In this document: piece by piece, positions 20,397 through 29,837 of the stretch
Layout: each line of letters starts with the position of its first letter
Position numbering within the stretch: the stretch's first letter is position 1
NCBI GenBank assembly: GCA_963771355.1
Contig: CAVYTA010000005.1
Span: 128,001 to 192,000, forward strand
DNA from: an uncultured Candidatus Rokubacteria bacterium
GTDB lineage: Bacteria; Methylomirabilota; Methylomirabilia; Rokubacteriales; CSP1-6
Reading direction: 5' to 3'
Length of the DNA: 64,000 bases
Made by a program: the position numbers and the translations under genes
The notes under the pieces: model-generated
The model's input: the letters and a program-made list of their open reading frames with translations, nothing else
What the model was told of the DNA's origin: nothing
Database searches by the model: none

Positions 20397-21417
20397 ATGA
20401 AACTGGGAAAGCTCGCGATTCTAACAGCAGTTCTCACCGTGGCGCTCGTGTCGGGCTGGTCCTCCGCCGGTGAGGCCGTCACCCTGCCGGCCTGCACGAC
20501 ATCATCTGTGCCTTTGACGGCGACTTCGCCGTCATGTCCCTGCCCTTCGCAGGGGTCACGGTGCAGTCGTCGCCGGGGCAGATCCAGGACGGCGTCGTGG
20601 TGTACACGGGCTCGGACGGCGGCCCCGTGACCACCAATTTCGCGGGCATGGACAATGCCTTCCCGTCGGTCACCGGGGATGCCCGCCGAATTCCTCGTTC
20701 TCCACGACGACGGCTGGCCGATCCGGGCGGGACAGGGCAGTTCGCGCGGAGACGTGCGAACGTGGGATAGCACGCTCTCTGCCTTCATCAGGTTCCTTGA
20801 CGGCAGTACCCCGACTCTTCTTCTTCAACCAGAACGACACCAACAATAACGCGCCCGATGGTTCGTGCCCGGGCAGCACATTCCGGCCAGGACGTGTGCG
20901 TCTACGGGTCAGCTGACGTTGGTCGACCACCAGGAGGCCACGAACAACGATACGTTGAGCTGGAGGGGCCGACCACGGTTGTTCACCGACGGCGCCCAGC
21001 CTACCGACGGGATCACGGACCTGCCGAATGATTATGTTCTCGCCAAGGGCGACGTGTGCCTCGACGCGGGCGGTGCCCAGAGCGTGCGATGGTAGTGGAG
21101 ACCCGGTCGCCTTCGGGCCCGAGAACCACAACCTCGGCGCTAACGAGGCGGCCTACGCCGCGTTCTCCACCGTGCTGAACGCGCTACTCGCCACGTGCGC
21201 GCAGAGGGCGATCAACACCACGAAGTGCCCGTGGGACAGCATCTCGATCAGACTGGATCTCACCGACCTCAACAACGGATTCGAGCAGCTGTTCATCCTC
21301 ACCGGTGATCAGGTCACGCAGATTCCGCCCGTCCCGGTGCCCGGAACGCTGATTCTCCTCGGCGCGGGGCTCATGGGGCTGGGAGCTTCGGCCTGGCGGC
21401 GGCGTCAGCGCGGCTAA
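20397..21417 (+). CDS. PEP-CTERM-like (VPVP variant) sorting-domain surface protein, frameshifted
   Basis: Signal peptide MKLGKLAILTAVLTVALVSGWSSAGEA. Body continues across frames (VQSSPGQIQDGVVVYTG, WDSTLSAF, DYVLAKGDVC, NHNLGANEAAYA, DLNNGFEQLFI). C-terminus VPVPGTLILLGAGLMGLGASAWRRRQRG has motif + TM helix + Arg cluster. Confidence 0.8.
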
Positions 21418-21450
21418 GCCTCACCGCACCAAGGCACCTTAGAACGCACC

Positions 21451-21480
21451 AGGGGCGCCGGCACAGCCGGCGCCCCTTTT
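21451..21480 (+). terminator. Rho-independent terminator after the PEP-CTERM-like gene
   Basis: AGGGGCGCCGGC-ACA-GCCGGCGCCCCT followed by TTT. Confidence 0.8.
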
Positions 21481-21565
21481 CTCTGCCCTCGCCCCGCATC
21501 CGACATCTCCGTACGGCTGGCTCTATACTGGGGTCGCCCAATCGCGGGCGGGAGGGAGCACCGAC

Positions 21566-22051
21566 ATGATCCAGGCTCGCAGGATCGGCCACGTGGTGTT
21601 GAAGGTTCGCGATGCGCAGCGCTCCAAGGACTTCTACACGCGCACCCTCGGGCTGAAGGTGGCCTACGACTCCCCGGGCGCGGTGTTCCTCAGCCTCGGG
21701 ACGCAGCATCACGACCTCGCGCTGTTCCAGCTGGCCACCGGTGAGGCGCCGGGGGAGGCGCAGCCCGGGTTGCACCACGTGGCCTGGCAGCTCGGAAGCT
21801 TCGAGGAGCTGCAGGCCGCCCATCGCGAGCTGCGCGCGCTGGGCGTCTCCGTCGAGGCCACGGTGGAGCACAACGTGACCCGCAGCGTGTACTTCCCCGA
21901 TCCCGACGGTAACCGCGTCGAGCTCTACTGCGACATGGTGGAGCACGGCTTCGAGGCCATGCGGACGCTGGGGCCACGGCGGGATCTGATGGACATCGAG
22001 TCGGGCGAGGTGGTCGAGCGCCGGAGCCTGCCCGGCACCGTGACGTCCTAG
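21566..22051 (+). CDS. VOC family (glyoxalase / extradiol dioxygenase-like) protein
   Basis: IGHVVLKVRD, HHDLAL, GLHHVAW, SVYFPDPDGNRVELY. Confidence 0.88.
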   Translation: MIQARRIGHVVLKVRDAQRSKDFYTRTLGLKVAYDSPGAVFLSLGTQHHDLALFQLATGEAPGEAQPGLHHVAWQLGSFEELQAAHRELRALGVSVEATVEHNVTRSVYFPDPDGNRVELYCDMVEHGFEAMRTLGPRRDLMDIESGEVVERRSLPGTVTS

Positions 22052-22095
22052 CTACAATCCCGACGTTTTGACGGTTTTGGCGGGCTCCTCGCGGA

Positions 22096-23400
22096 TTACC
22101 AGGCCAGGATCGCCGGCTCGTAGTGCTCGATCCGTTCCTTCACCACCATCAGGGGCTCGATGCCGTAGAGCTTTCGCGCGTTCTCCCCCAGGAGCTTCCG
22201 CTGCACCTCGGCGGGCACGTCGAACTCGGCCATGTGGGCGAGCCCGTCCCAGGCGTCCTCGGCGTCGTGGTGGGGATAGTCCGACGACCAGATGGCCACG
22301 TCCTTGAACTCGTCCCACAGCCGGTACACGAGCGTCTCGTCGGACTCGAAGCCGATGAAGCAGCGCTCGTGGAAGATCTCGACGGGATCGCGGAGGGGCC
22401 GGTTGCCGCGCTGGAAGGCGAAGAGATTGGAGAAGTTCGACGCGCGCTGCAGCACCAGGGGGAGCCACGAGGCGTTCGACTCCAGCACCGCGGCCTTTAG
22501 CCGCGGGAACTTCTCGAGCCAGCCGGTCTGCACCACCACCGTCAGCCAGGTCATCGCCTCCATCACGAAGCCCAGGGTCTCGGAGGCGTCGATGGCCGGG
22601 TCCATGGCCGCAGTGATATTCGAGACGAACTGGCCGGGGGAATAGACCACTGCCTCGTCGGTGAACATGAGCCCCTGGCCGGAGTGTCCCCGCGCCTGCG
22701 CCATGCGCTGCGCCCAGTCCGGGGTGAGCGCCTCGCGCGAGGGGAAGGTGTGCATGGCCAGCACCACACCGAGGCCCTCGAACTCGCGCCACAGGGGGTC
22801 GAACTCGGGCAAGGTCGGATAGCGGCCGTTCCAGAAGCAGGGCCGGACGGCGGCCGCCTTGAACCCGAGCTTGGCCACGCGCCGGAGCTCCGCGATCGAG
22901 GCCTCCACGCTCTGCAGCGGCAGTACCGCGCAGGGGAACAGGCGCGCGCGGTCGGGCGCGCAGTAGTCGTGGACCCAGTCGTTGTAGGCGCGCCCGAGGA
23001 TCGCCGCCGCGCCGGGGTCGCGCAGCAGGGCCAGGCGCACGAACCAGGTGGGGAAGAGCATCACCTGGTCGGTGCCGAGCGCGTCCATGTCCTTGAGCCG
23101 CGCGTGGGGATCGCGGCAGCCGAGCAGGCGGCCGAACTTCGCCTTCCACTCCTCGGTGCCGGGCGTCAGCCGGCCCACCTCCTTCTTGTCCCAGCGCGCC
23201 CACCCGACCTCGGCGGCGTTGGAACGCTCGCGCGCGGCCGGCACCACCCGGCCATTGATCATCAGGAGGTCGCTATCGGTGTGAAAGCAGAACTGGGTCT
23301 TCACCCACGCGCGCTCCTTGGCCGGCACGTACTCGTCCCACACCGCCGGGGGCTCCACCACGTGGCTGTCGCAGTCGAACACGGGGAAGGTCTTGGTCAT
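22096..23400 (-). CDS. Amidohydrolase_2 family protein
   Basis: FDCDSHVVEP, RLKDMDALG, AYNDW, LESNASWLP, WSSDYPHHD. Confidence 0.88.
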   Translation of the reverse strand: MTKTFPVFDCDSHVVEPPAVWDEYVPAKERAWVKTQFCFHTDSDLLMINGRVVPAARERSNAAEVGWARWDKKEVGRLTPGTEEWKAKFGRLLGCRDPHARLKDMDALGTDQVMLFPTWFVRLALLRDPGAAAILGRAYNDWVHDYCAPDRARLFPCAVLPLQSVEASIAELRRVAKLGFKAAAVRPCFWNGRYPTLPEFDPLWREFEGLGVVLAMHTFPSREALTPDWAQRMAQARGHSGQGLMFTDEAVVYSPGQFVSNITAAMDPAIDASETLGFVMEAMTWLTVVVQTGWLEKFPRLKAAVLESNASWLPLVLQRASNFSNLFAFQRGNRPLRDPVEIFHERCFIGFESDETLVYRLWDEFKDVAIWSSDYPHHDAEDAWDGLAHMAEFDVPAEVQRKLLGENARKLYGIEPLMVVKERIEHYEPAILAW

Positions 23401-23554
23401 GCTGGTGCCCACGGCGCGCCCTCCTTGGCTCTTTTCACCAGGCGAAGTATGCTTCTGCGGACCGGATTATCGGTAACCGGAGAGGCCCATGTCAATCAAC
23501 GTCGAGGAGACGGGCGCCGCCATCGAGGCGCAGATCGCGCGGACGGGCCGCTGA

Positions 23555-24319
23555 ATGGGGGACACGCGAGGCATCGAGCGGTTCTCGCTGGAGGGCCGCG
23601 TGGTGCTCATCACCGGCGCGCGCGGGGGCCTCGGCCTCGAGATGGCGCGCGGCATGGCGGCGGCGGGCGCCGTTGTCGGCATCAACGGCCGTGACCCGGC
23701 GCTGGTGGAAGAGGCGGCGGCGGGCATCCCCAACGCCTTCGCGGCCCCCTTCGACATCACCGACCTTGCCGCCGCCGCCGGGGGCATCGATGCCGTCGTG
23801 GCGCGGCACGGGCGCCTCGACTGCCTGGTCAACAACGCCGCCCTCCGGGATCGGCGGTCGTTCCAGGACATCGCCGCCGGCGACCTGCGTGGGCTGCTCG
23901 AGACCAATCTTGTCGGGGCCTACGAGGTGTCGCGCCTCGCCGCCCGCCACATGGAAGGGCGCCGGGGCGGGCGGCTCATCTTCATCACCTCCATGGTGGG
24001 CCCGCAGTCCTTCCAGGGCGATCCTGCCTATACCGCGTCCAAGGGCGGGCTCACGGCGCTCATGCGCGCCCTGGCGGTGGAGCTCGGGCCCAAGGGCATC
24101 ACCGCCAACGCCATCGCGCCCGGGTTCTTTCTCACCGACGTGAACGCGTCCTTCTTCGGCGGGTCCCAGGCCGCCGAGGTCGGCCGGCGCATCCCGCTGC
24201 GGCGTTGGGGCCGGCCCGACGAGCTGGTCGGCGCGGCCATCTTCCTCGCCTCGGACGCCGCGTCCTACGTGAACGGACACGTCCTCACGGTGGACGCGGG
24301 ACTCTCGATCGCATTGTGA
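23555..24319 (+). CDS. SDR oxidoreductase (gluconate 5-dehydrogenase-like)
   Basis: TGARGGLG, NNA, YTASK, NAIAPG, YVNGHVLTVDAG. Confidence 0.9.
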   Translation: MGDTRGIERFSLEGRVVLITGARGGLGLEMARGMAAAGAVVGINGRDPALVEEAAAGIPNAFAAPFDITDLAAAAGGIDAVVARHGRLDCLVNNAALRDRRSFQDIAAGDLRGLLETNLVGAYEVSRLAARHMEGRRGGRLIFITSMVGPQSFQGDPAYTASKGGLTALMRALAVELGPKGITANAIAPGFFLTDVNASFFGGSQAAEVGRRIPLRRWGRPDELVGAAIFLASDAASYVNGHVLTVDAGLSIAL

Positions 24320-24492
24320 GGAGCGCGCGGGCGATGCATCGGACCTGCGGGATAAACCAGCAGAATAGCGCAGTGCGCAACATATTCTCATAACGAATTA
24401 GTCATTAAGTTGTAATAGTTTACTGGTCATATAGTGGAGGTGATGAAGAGTGGAACCGTAAATGATTATGCAATGCGTCAAGGAGGATTCAC

Positions 24493-24891
24493 ATGCTCGG
24501 TGATTTGATCGCGGTGCTCGGCATCGGCTCCCTCGCAGCTGCTCCCCTCGTCTGGCGCGCGCGCCAGGACAAGCGTGAAGAGGCCGCGCTGCGCGTCCAG
24601 GCCGTACTTCAGCTCAAGGCCAATCAGCGACTCGGCGGCGAGTCGTTTCTCGTGGTGTCGGTGGAGCCAGCCTCCCTAGGGGGCAAGAGCCGGGTGAGGC
24701 TCTCCGCTCCCGATCGCTGGCAGTGGCTCGTGGGCGAGGTGTGGAACGATGTGGCCGCAGCGATGCCGCCCGGCTACGAGCTCGTGGTGACCGCGGAGAC
24801 CGTCAAGGGGATGGGGCCCGTCCGCCCCGACATGGTGCCCGCGCAGCGCATTCCGCCCCGCGGCCGGACCGCCTCAGCCGCGCGCGGCTGA
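24493..24891 (+). CDS. Hypothetical membrane-anchored protein
   Basis: Strong AAGGAGG RBS, N-terminal hydrophobic helix, preceded by an AT-rich intergenic region. Confidence 0.6.
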   Translation: MLGDLIAVLGIGSLAAAPLVWRARQDKREEAALRVQAVLQLKANQRLGGESFLVVSVEPASLGGKSRVRLSAPDRWQWLVGEVWNDVAAAMPPGYELVVTAETVKGMGPVRPDMVPAQRIPPRGRTASAARG

Positions 24892-26136
24892 CGTGACGGG
24901 CGGCAGGCTCACGACGAAGCAGCTCGGCGGAAGGCCCCGGCCGACGTAGCGCGCCTCGCCCCCATGTCGGCGGGCAATCTGGCGCACGAGGGCCAGTCCC
25001 AGCCCGGCCCCGCCGCTCGCCTCCGTCCCGCCGATCCGGCGGAAGGGACGGAACACGTCCTCGCGCGCGGCGTCGGGAATGCCGGGCCCGTGGTCGCAGA
25101 CGGTGAGCTCGACCGCGCCGCCCACGGCGCGCACGTGTACGTCGACCGGGGGCGCGCCGTGCCGCCGGGCGTTCTCCAGCAGGTTCCGGATCATCCGGCG
25201 GAGCAACCGCGGGTCACCGCGCACCGTCACCGGCTGCCCGGTCAGCGCCGTGTGCTCGTAGCGCGCGCACTCCTCGCTGGCGAGGGCGAGCAGGTCCACC
25301 TCCTCGTCCACCTCCCGTTCGACGACGGCCTCGAGGCGGCTGGCCAGCAGGATCTCGTCGATCAGCACGTCGAGCTCCGCGATGTCGCGCTCGAGATCGA
25401 GCTGGCGCTGGGGGTCGGCGTCCGTCTTCACGAGCTCCACCGCCATCCGGATGCGGGTGAGCGGGGTGCGCAGCTCGTGGGAGGCGTTGACGAGGAGGGC
25501 CTTGTGGGCGCCCACCAGCTGCTCGATCCGGCCGGCGGCACGGTTGAAGCTCTCGGCGAGCTGCGCCACCTCGTCGCGTCCCTCCACCCGTACCCGAGCC
25601 GCGAGGTTCCCGGCGCCGAGCGACTCGACGCCGGCCTGGAGACGCTCCAGCCGGCCGGTCAAACGGCGCACCACCGGGTAGGCGCCGACGCCGACGGCGA
25701 GCGCGAGCAGCACGAGCGTGAAGAAGAGGGGCGCGCCGCCGGGCCGATGCTCGGGCCGCACGCGCGCCACCAGCCACCGGCCGTCGCGCAGGTGGATCAC
25801 GCCCGCCGGCGGACCCCACGCGCGCAGCCATCCGCCGCGCTCACGGCCCGGGTCGGGCGCCGGGAGCGGCGCGCCGACCGAGGCCAGCGGGGTGCGGTCG
25901 GCCGCGAACAGCGCGACGTCGGCGCGGAGGTTCGCGGCGAGTCGCTCAAGCGCAGCCTGCTGCTCGCCGGGGGACGCGTCGCCGGACGGCAGCACGTTCT
26001 GGGCGAGCACGCCGGCGACCTCGAAGTGGTGGCCGCCGCCGTCACCCAGGTAGCGCCAGAGAATCCCGGCCACGAGGGCGAAGACCACGAGGCTCACCAG
26101 GACGGCCAGATAGATCCGGAGGTAGAGCTTGCGCAT
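24874..26136 (-). CDS. HAMP-domain sensor histidine kinase (CpxA/RstB-like)
   Basis: Start MRKLYLRIYLAVL at 26136; two TMs, HAMP, ASHELRTPL (H-box), NLLENARRH, DHGPG, GAGLGLAL. Confidence 0.92.
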   Translation of the reverse strand: MRKLYLRIYLAVLVSLVVFALVAGILWRYLGDGGGHHFEVAGVLAQNVLPSGDASPGEQQAALERLAANLRADVALFAADRTPLASVGAPLPAPDPGRERGGWLRAWGPPAGVIHLRDGRWLVARVRPEHRPGGAPLFFTLVLLALAVGVGAYPVVRRLTGRLERLQAGVESLGAGNLAARVRVEGRDEVAQLAESFNRAAGRIEQLVGAHKALLVNASHELRTPLTRIRMAVELVKTDADPQRQLDLERDIAELDVLIDEILLASRLEAVVEREVDEEVDLLALASEECARYEHTALTGQPVTVRGDPRLLRRMIRNLLENARRHGAPPVDVHVRAVGGAVELTVCDHGPGIPDAAREDVFRPFRRIGGTEASGGAGLGLALVRQIARRHGGEARYVGRGLPPSCFVVSLPPVTSAARG

Positions 26137-26822
26137 CAATCTTGCTGCCGGGCGAAGACGTAGCCGGCCCCGCGCACCGTGAGGAGGCGGCGCGGCCGCT
26201 TCGGGTCGTCCTCGATCGCGGCGCGGATGCGCGAGACGTGAACGTCGATCGACCGGTCGAAGGCGTCGAGGCCTTCGCCCCGGACCAGGTCCATCAGCGT
26301 GTCGCGCGACAGCACGCGCCCCGCCCGCTCGGCCAGCGTCACCAGAAGCGCGAACTGATGGCCGGTGAGGGGGCGCTCCGCGCCGTCCACCCGCACGGTC
26401 CGCGCGTCGCGGTCGATATCGAGCCGGCCGAAGCGCAGGATGCTGGACGAGCGGGCCGGCCCCTTCCGTCGCAGGATGGCGCGCAGACGGGCCAGCAGCT
26501 CCCTGGGCTCGAACGGCTTGGGGAGATAGTCGTCGGCGCCCACCTCCAGGCCGACGACGCGATCCATCGCGTCGCCCCGCGCCGTCAGCATCAGCACGGG
26601 GGTGTCGGAGAACGCGCGGAGCTTCCGGCACACTTCCAGGCCGTCGATGTCGGGCAGCATCAGATCGAGCACGAGCGCGTCGTACGGCTCGGTCCCGAGA
26701 CGCGAGAGCCCGGTGCGGCCGTCCCCCGCGACCGAGACGCGAAAGCCCGCCTCGCCGAGATACTGGGACACCATCTCGGCGAGGCGGCGGTCGTCCTCGA
26801 TCAGCAGGATGTGCGGTCCCAC
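26136..26822 (-). CDS. OmpR/CpxR-family response regulator
   Basis: LLIEDD, LDLMLP, GADDYLPKPF, DRSIDVHVSRIR, TVRGAGY. Confidence 0.93.
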   Translation of the reverse strand: MGPHILLIEDDRRLAEMVSQYLGEAGFRVSVAGDGRTGLSRLGTEPYDALVLDLMLPDIDGLEVCRKLRAFSDTPVLMLTARGDAMDRVVGLEVGADDYLPKPFEPRELLARLRAILRRKGPARSSSILRFGRLDIDRDARTVRVDGAERPLTGHQFALLVTLAERAGRVLSRDTLMDLVRGEGLDAFDRSIDVHVSRIRAAIEDDPKRPRRLLTVRGAGYVFARQQD

Positions 26823-26831
26823 ACGTCCAGT

Positions 26832-27377
26832 CTACCCGCGGTGGCCGTGCCAGCGCCCCACCCGCTCGGCGAGCTGCTTCCGCTGCTCGGGGGTGAGCAC
26901 GTCGGCGACGTCGGCGAGCGCCTGGGTGAAGCGTTTGGACGCCTGCTCGGCCAGCTGGAGCTGGCTGGCCCGCAGGGACTCGAGCGCGGTCCGGTCGATG
27001 CTCGGCTGCGACAGGAGCGTGACGGCCTGCCGCCGCGCGTCCCGCATCTGATCGCGCATCGGCAGCAGGTCGCGGGTGGCGGCCTTCACGATCGGCCCGA
27101 GCCGCTGCTTCTGGGCGTCGGTGGCGTCCACCTCCACGTACAGGTGCTTGAGCATCCGGTCGAGGTGCTCGTCCAGCTTGGCCGGATCGAGATGGGCGCC
27201 CATCAGGCCGCCGCGGTGCCAGCCGCCGAAGCCGTGGCCAGAGGCGAAGGCCTTGAGGCCGATTCCGGTGGCGAGGACGGCGACGGCGGTGATGAGGGCG
27301 GCCCGCCTGAAGAAGCGGCGGCGGGGGGTGCCCGCGGAAGGAGCGGGCGTCTGCGGGGTCTCGGTCGTGTCACTCAT
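26832..27377 (-). CDS. Spy/CpxP family periplasmic chaperone
   Basis: RR-containing signal; TDAQKQ and VLTPEQR (LTxxQ) motifs; upstream of the regulator-kinase pair. Confidence 0.85.
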   Translation of the reverse strand: MSDTTETPQTPAPSAGTPRRRFFRRAALITAVAVLATGIGLKAFASGHGFGGWHRGGLMGAHLDPAKLDEHLDRMLKHLYVEVDATDAQKQRLGPIVKAATRDLLPMRDQMRDARRQAVTLLSQPSIDRTALESLRASQLQLAEQASKRFTQALADVADVLTPEQRKQLAERVGRWHGHRG

Positions 27378-27559
27378 GGCGGATCTCCTTTCGAAGTCAG
27401 CCTGCCCGCGCCGCGTGAACCGCGCTTGTCTGGCAGGTAAAGTTTTGTGAAGCCTCGCCCAGGCTAGAGGACGGGGCGACCGGCACCAGGGCCGTGCAGT
27501 TGACTACGCTCCAAGCCCGTGCGAAAGAGATGGACGGGGGCCGGGGCAGGATCAGCTGA

Positions 27560-27973
27560 ATGAAGGAGCTGAGCGTGAATGACAAGCCGGCCAGTCTCGT
27601 GCGGCGTGGAGCGCGACTTGTGCTGGTACTCGCGGCCTTAGTCGTGATGATCGTGGCCGGATGGACATGGCTTACGTTGTCGTGGTCATACTCCGTCGGT
27701 GAGCGCGCCGGCGTGTTGCAGAAGTTTTCCCGGAAGGGCTGGATCTGCAAGACCTACGAGGGCGAAGTCGCACAGTATGTGGTCAGCGGTGTCGCACCGC
27801 AGATCTGGTACTTCAGCGTGCGTGATGAAGCGGTGGCCCAGCAGTTATTCAAGGTGGTGGGGCAGAATATGCAGCTGCGCTACCGCGAACATCGTGGCAT
27901 CCCCACCAATTGCTTCGGCGATACACCCTACTTCGCGGAGAGCTTCACCATCATTCCGGCCGCGACACGATAG
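27560..27973 (+). CDS. Conserved hypothetical membrane-anchored protein
   Basis: N-terminal TM followed by YSVGERAGVLQKFSRKGWICKTYEGE..FSVRD..YREH..GDTPYF, a recognisable conserved uncharacterised family. Confidence 0.7.
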   Translation: MKELSVNDKPASLVRRGARLVLVLAALVVMIVAGWTWLTLSWSYSVGERAGVLQKFSRKGWICKTYEGEVAQYVVSGVAPQIWYFSVRDEAVAQQLFKVVGQNMQLRYREHRGIPTNCFGDTPYFAESFTIIPAATR

Positions 27974-28043
27974 GGGTCTGACGCCCCCCTCCCTTGACAC
28001 CGCTCCCGTGAGGCTGTCTCATGACGCCAACCGGGAGGTGTGG

Positions 28044-29051
28044 ATGCGCTCCGATCGGGTGCTGGCGACGACGGACTTCCATACGGCGGGGATCGGCATG
28101 CGGCTCCTCACGAGCGGCCTGGGGCGGCTACCGGGCGTCACGATCGGCGAGAAGCGCCGCTGGTTCGAGGAGCACCTCGACCACCTCCGGACCGGGCTCT
28201 GCCTCGAGCCCCGCGGCCATCGCAGTCTCCTGATCGCGGTGATGACCGAGCCGGTCACACCCGGCGCGCACTTCGGGCTCTTCTTCATCTATCCCGGGGG
28301 CTACTACGTCTCCTGCGGCGAGGGCACCATCGGCGCCGCCACGGTGGCCATCGAGACCGGGATGATCGAGCGCCAGGGCGCGGAGACGCCGGTTCTCATC
28401 GACACCGAGGCCGGGCTCGTCGAGACGGTCGTCCGCTCGGACGGTGATCGCGTCGCCGAGGTCACGCTGCGCTGGACGCCCTCGTTCGTGGCGCTCGCCG
28501 ATCAACGGATCGAGGTCGAGGGGATCGGCGAGATCCCGGTGGACATCTCGGTCGGCGTCGGCAACGTCTTCGCCGTCGTGGAAGCCGGGCGGTTGGGCCT
28601 CGCCGTTCGCCGCGAGCAGGTGGGGAAGATCGCCCAGCGCGGGATGGCGGTGCGCGAGGCGGTGAATGCCCAGCTCCACGTCGACGTCCCCGGCCTGGGC
28701 AAGACCACCGTGGACAACGTCCTCGTTCACGAGCTGCCCGACGCCGACCGCGTATCCCCCAACGCGCTGGTGTGGGGCCCAGGCCAGGTCGATGCCGCGC
28801 CATGCGGCTCGGGCACGTGCGCGCGCATGGCGCTCTTCCGCCACCGGGGCCTGATGACGGTCGGATCGACGATGATCAGCCGCGGGCTGCTCGGTCTCGA
28901 CTTCCGGGGCCGGATCGCGGGGGACACCACCCTGGAAGGGCGGCCGGCCATCCTGCCCGAGATCACCGGCACCGCCTATCTCACCGGCTTCAGCCAGTTC
29001 CTGTTCGACCCGGCCGACCCGCTGCGCGCCGGCTTCCTCCTCGACGCGTGA
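28044..29051 (+). CDS. Proline racemase family protein (divergent active site)
   Basis: DFHTAG, LEPRGH, SCGEGTIG (cf. MCGHG), DAAPCGSGT (cf. DRSPCGTGT), PEITGTAYLTG, DPADPL; GGAGG RBS before ATG 28044. Confidence 0.88.
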   Translation: MRSDRVLATTDFHTAGIGMRLLTSGLGRLPGVTIGEKRRWFEEHLDHLRTGLCLEPRGHRSLLIAVMTEPVTPGAHFGLFFIYPGGYYVSCGEGTIGAATVAIETGMIERQGAETPVLIDTEAGLVETVVRSDGDRVAEVTLRWTPSFVALADQRIEVEGIGEIPVDISVGVGNVFAVVEAGRLGLAVRREQVGKIAQRGMAVREAVNAQLHVDVPGLGKTTVDNVLVHELPDADRVSPNALVWGPGQVDAAPCGSGTCARMALFRHRGLMTVGSTMISRGLLGLDFRGRIAGDTTLEGRPAILPEITGTAYLTGFSQFLFDPADPLRAGFLLDA

Positions 29052-29123
29052 GACGACAGACTCAGACGGAGACGCTTACCTCGCGTAAGCCTGCCCGCCG
29101 GCCTTCTTAGCGCCGCGCTCGCC

Positions 29124-29711
29124 TCACGGACTCGGGCGGCCCCACAGCCCGCGCGCCACGCGGGCCTCGAACCAGTGGCCGTACGGATGCAGCAGCGGCG
29201 TCTGCGCCAGCATCCACGCCCGCGTGCGCCCCTTCGCCCAGAACTCGGTGAGCCAGCCCGCGTTGGGGCCGACCGCGCCCAGCTCGTTCGCGACCCGTCC
29301 CACCCGGTCGGCCGGCACGACGTCCGTCAGGCTCTGGCCGCGGAGGCTCTCCACCACCTCGAGCGTCGCGCGAGAGACGGCCTCCCAGTACTCGCGCAGA
29401 GCATCGAGATCGATCGCTCCGCACAGCGCATCGACCTCCGCGTCGGTCATGCCGGTGCCGACATCACGGCGGGAAGACTTCAGGCGGTCGAGCCAGGCGC
29501 CCGAGTGCATGACCTGCGGACGATCGGCGATGAAGGCGTTGACGCCGACGTCCTCGACGCGCGCCGCGTGCCACACGTTCCAGGCGATCGGGTTCACGCC
29601 CGGCTGCGGACGCCCCCGCACCTGCGCGGGCGACAGCCCGGCCATCAGGTCGTCGGCGAAAGTGCGGTGGAACTCGTGGTAACGAATCAGGAAGAAATCG
29701 AGCGCATCCAT
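29124..29711 (-). CDS. DinB family protein
   Basis: Start MDALDFF at 29711; NPIAWNVWHAARVED and C-terminal HPYGH metal-binding His motifs. Confidence 0.82.
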   Translation of the reverse strand: MDALDFFLIRYHEFHRTFADDLMAGLSPAQVRGRPQPGVNPIAWNVWHAARVEDVGVNAFIADRPQVMHSGAWLDRLKSSRRDVGTGMTDAEVDALCGAIDLDALREYWEAVSRATLEVVESLRGQSLTDVVPADRVGRVANELGAVGPNAGWLTEFWAKGRTRAWMLAQTPLLHPYGHWFEARVARGLWGRPSP

Positions 29712-29837
29712 CGGGCGCCTCCCGCGGGAGAGGATACCACGCACCGTGACCGCCTCGTGTCCGCGGGATAGGAGGATCTTGTGTCTCCCCCGCGTCCCTT
29801 GACACCGCCTCCGCGGCGCGCTCTCATGGCGTTCGAC

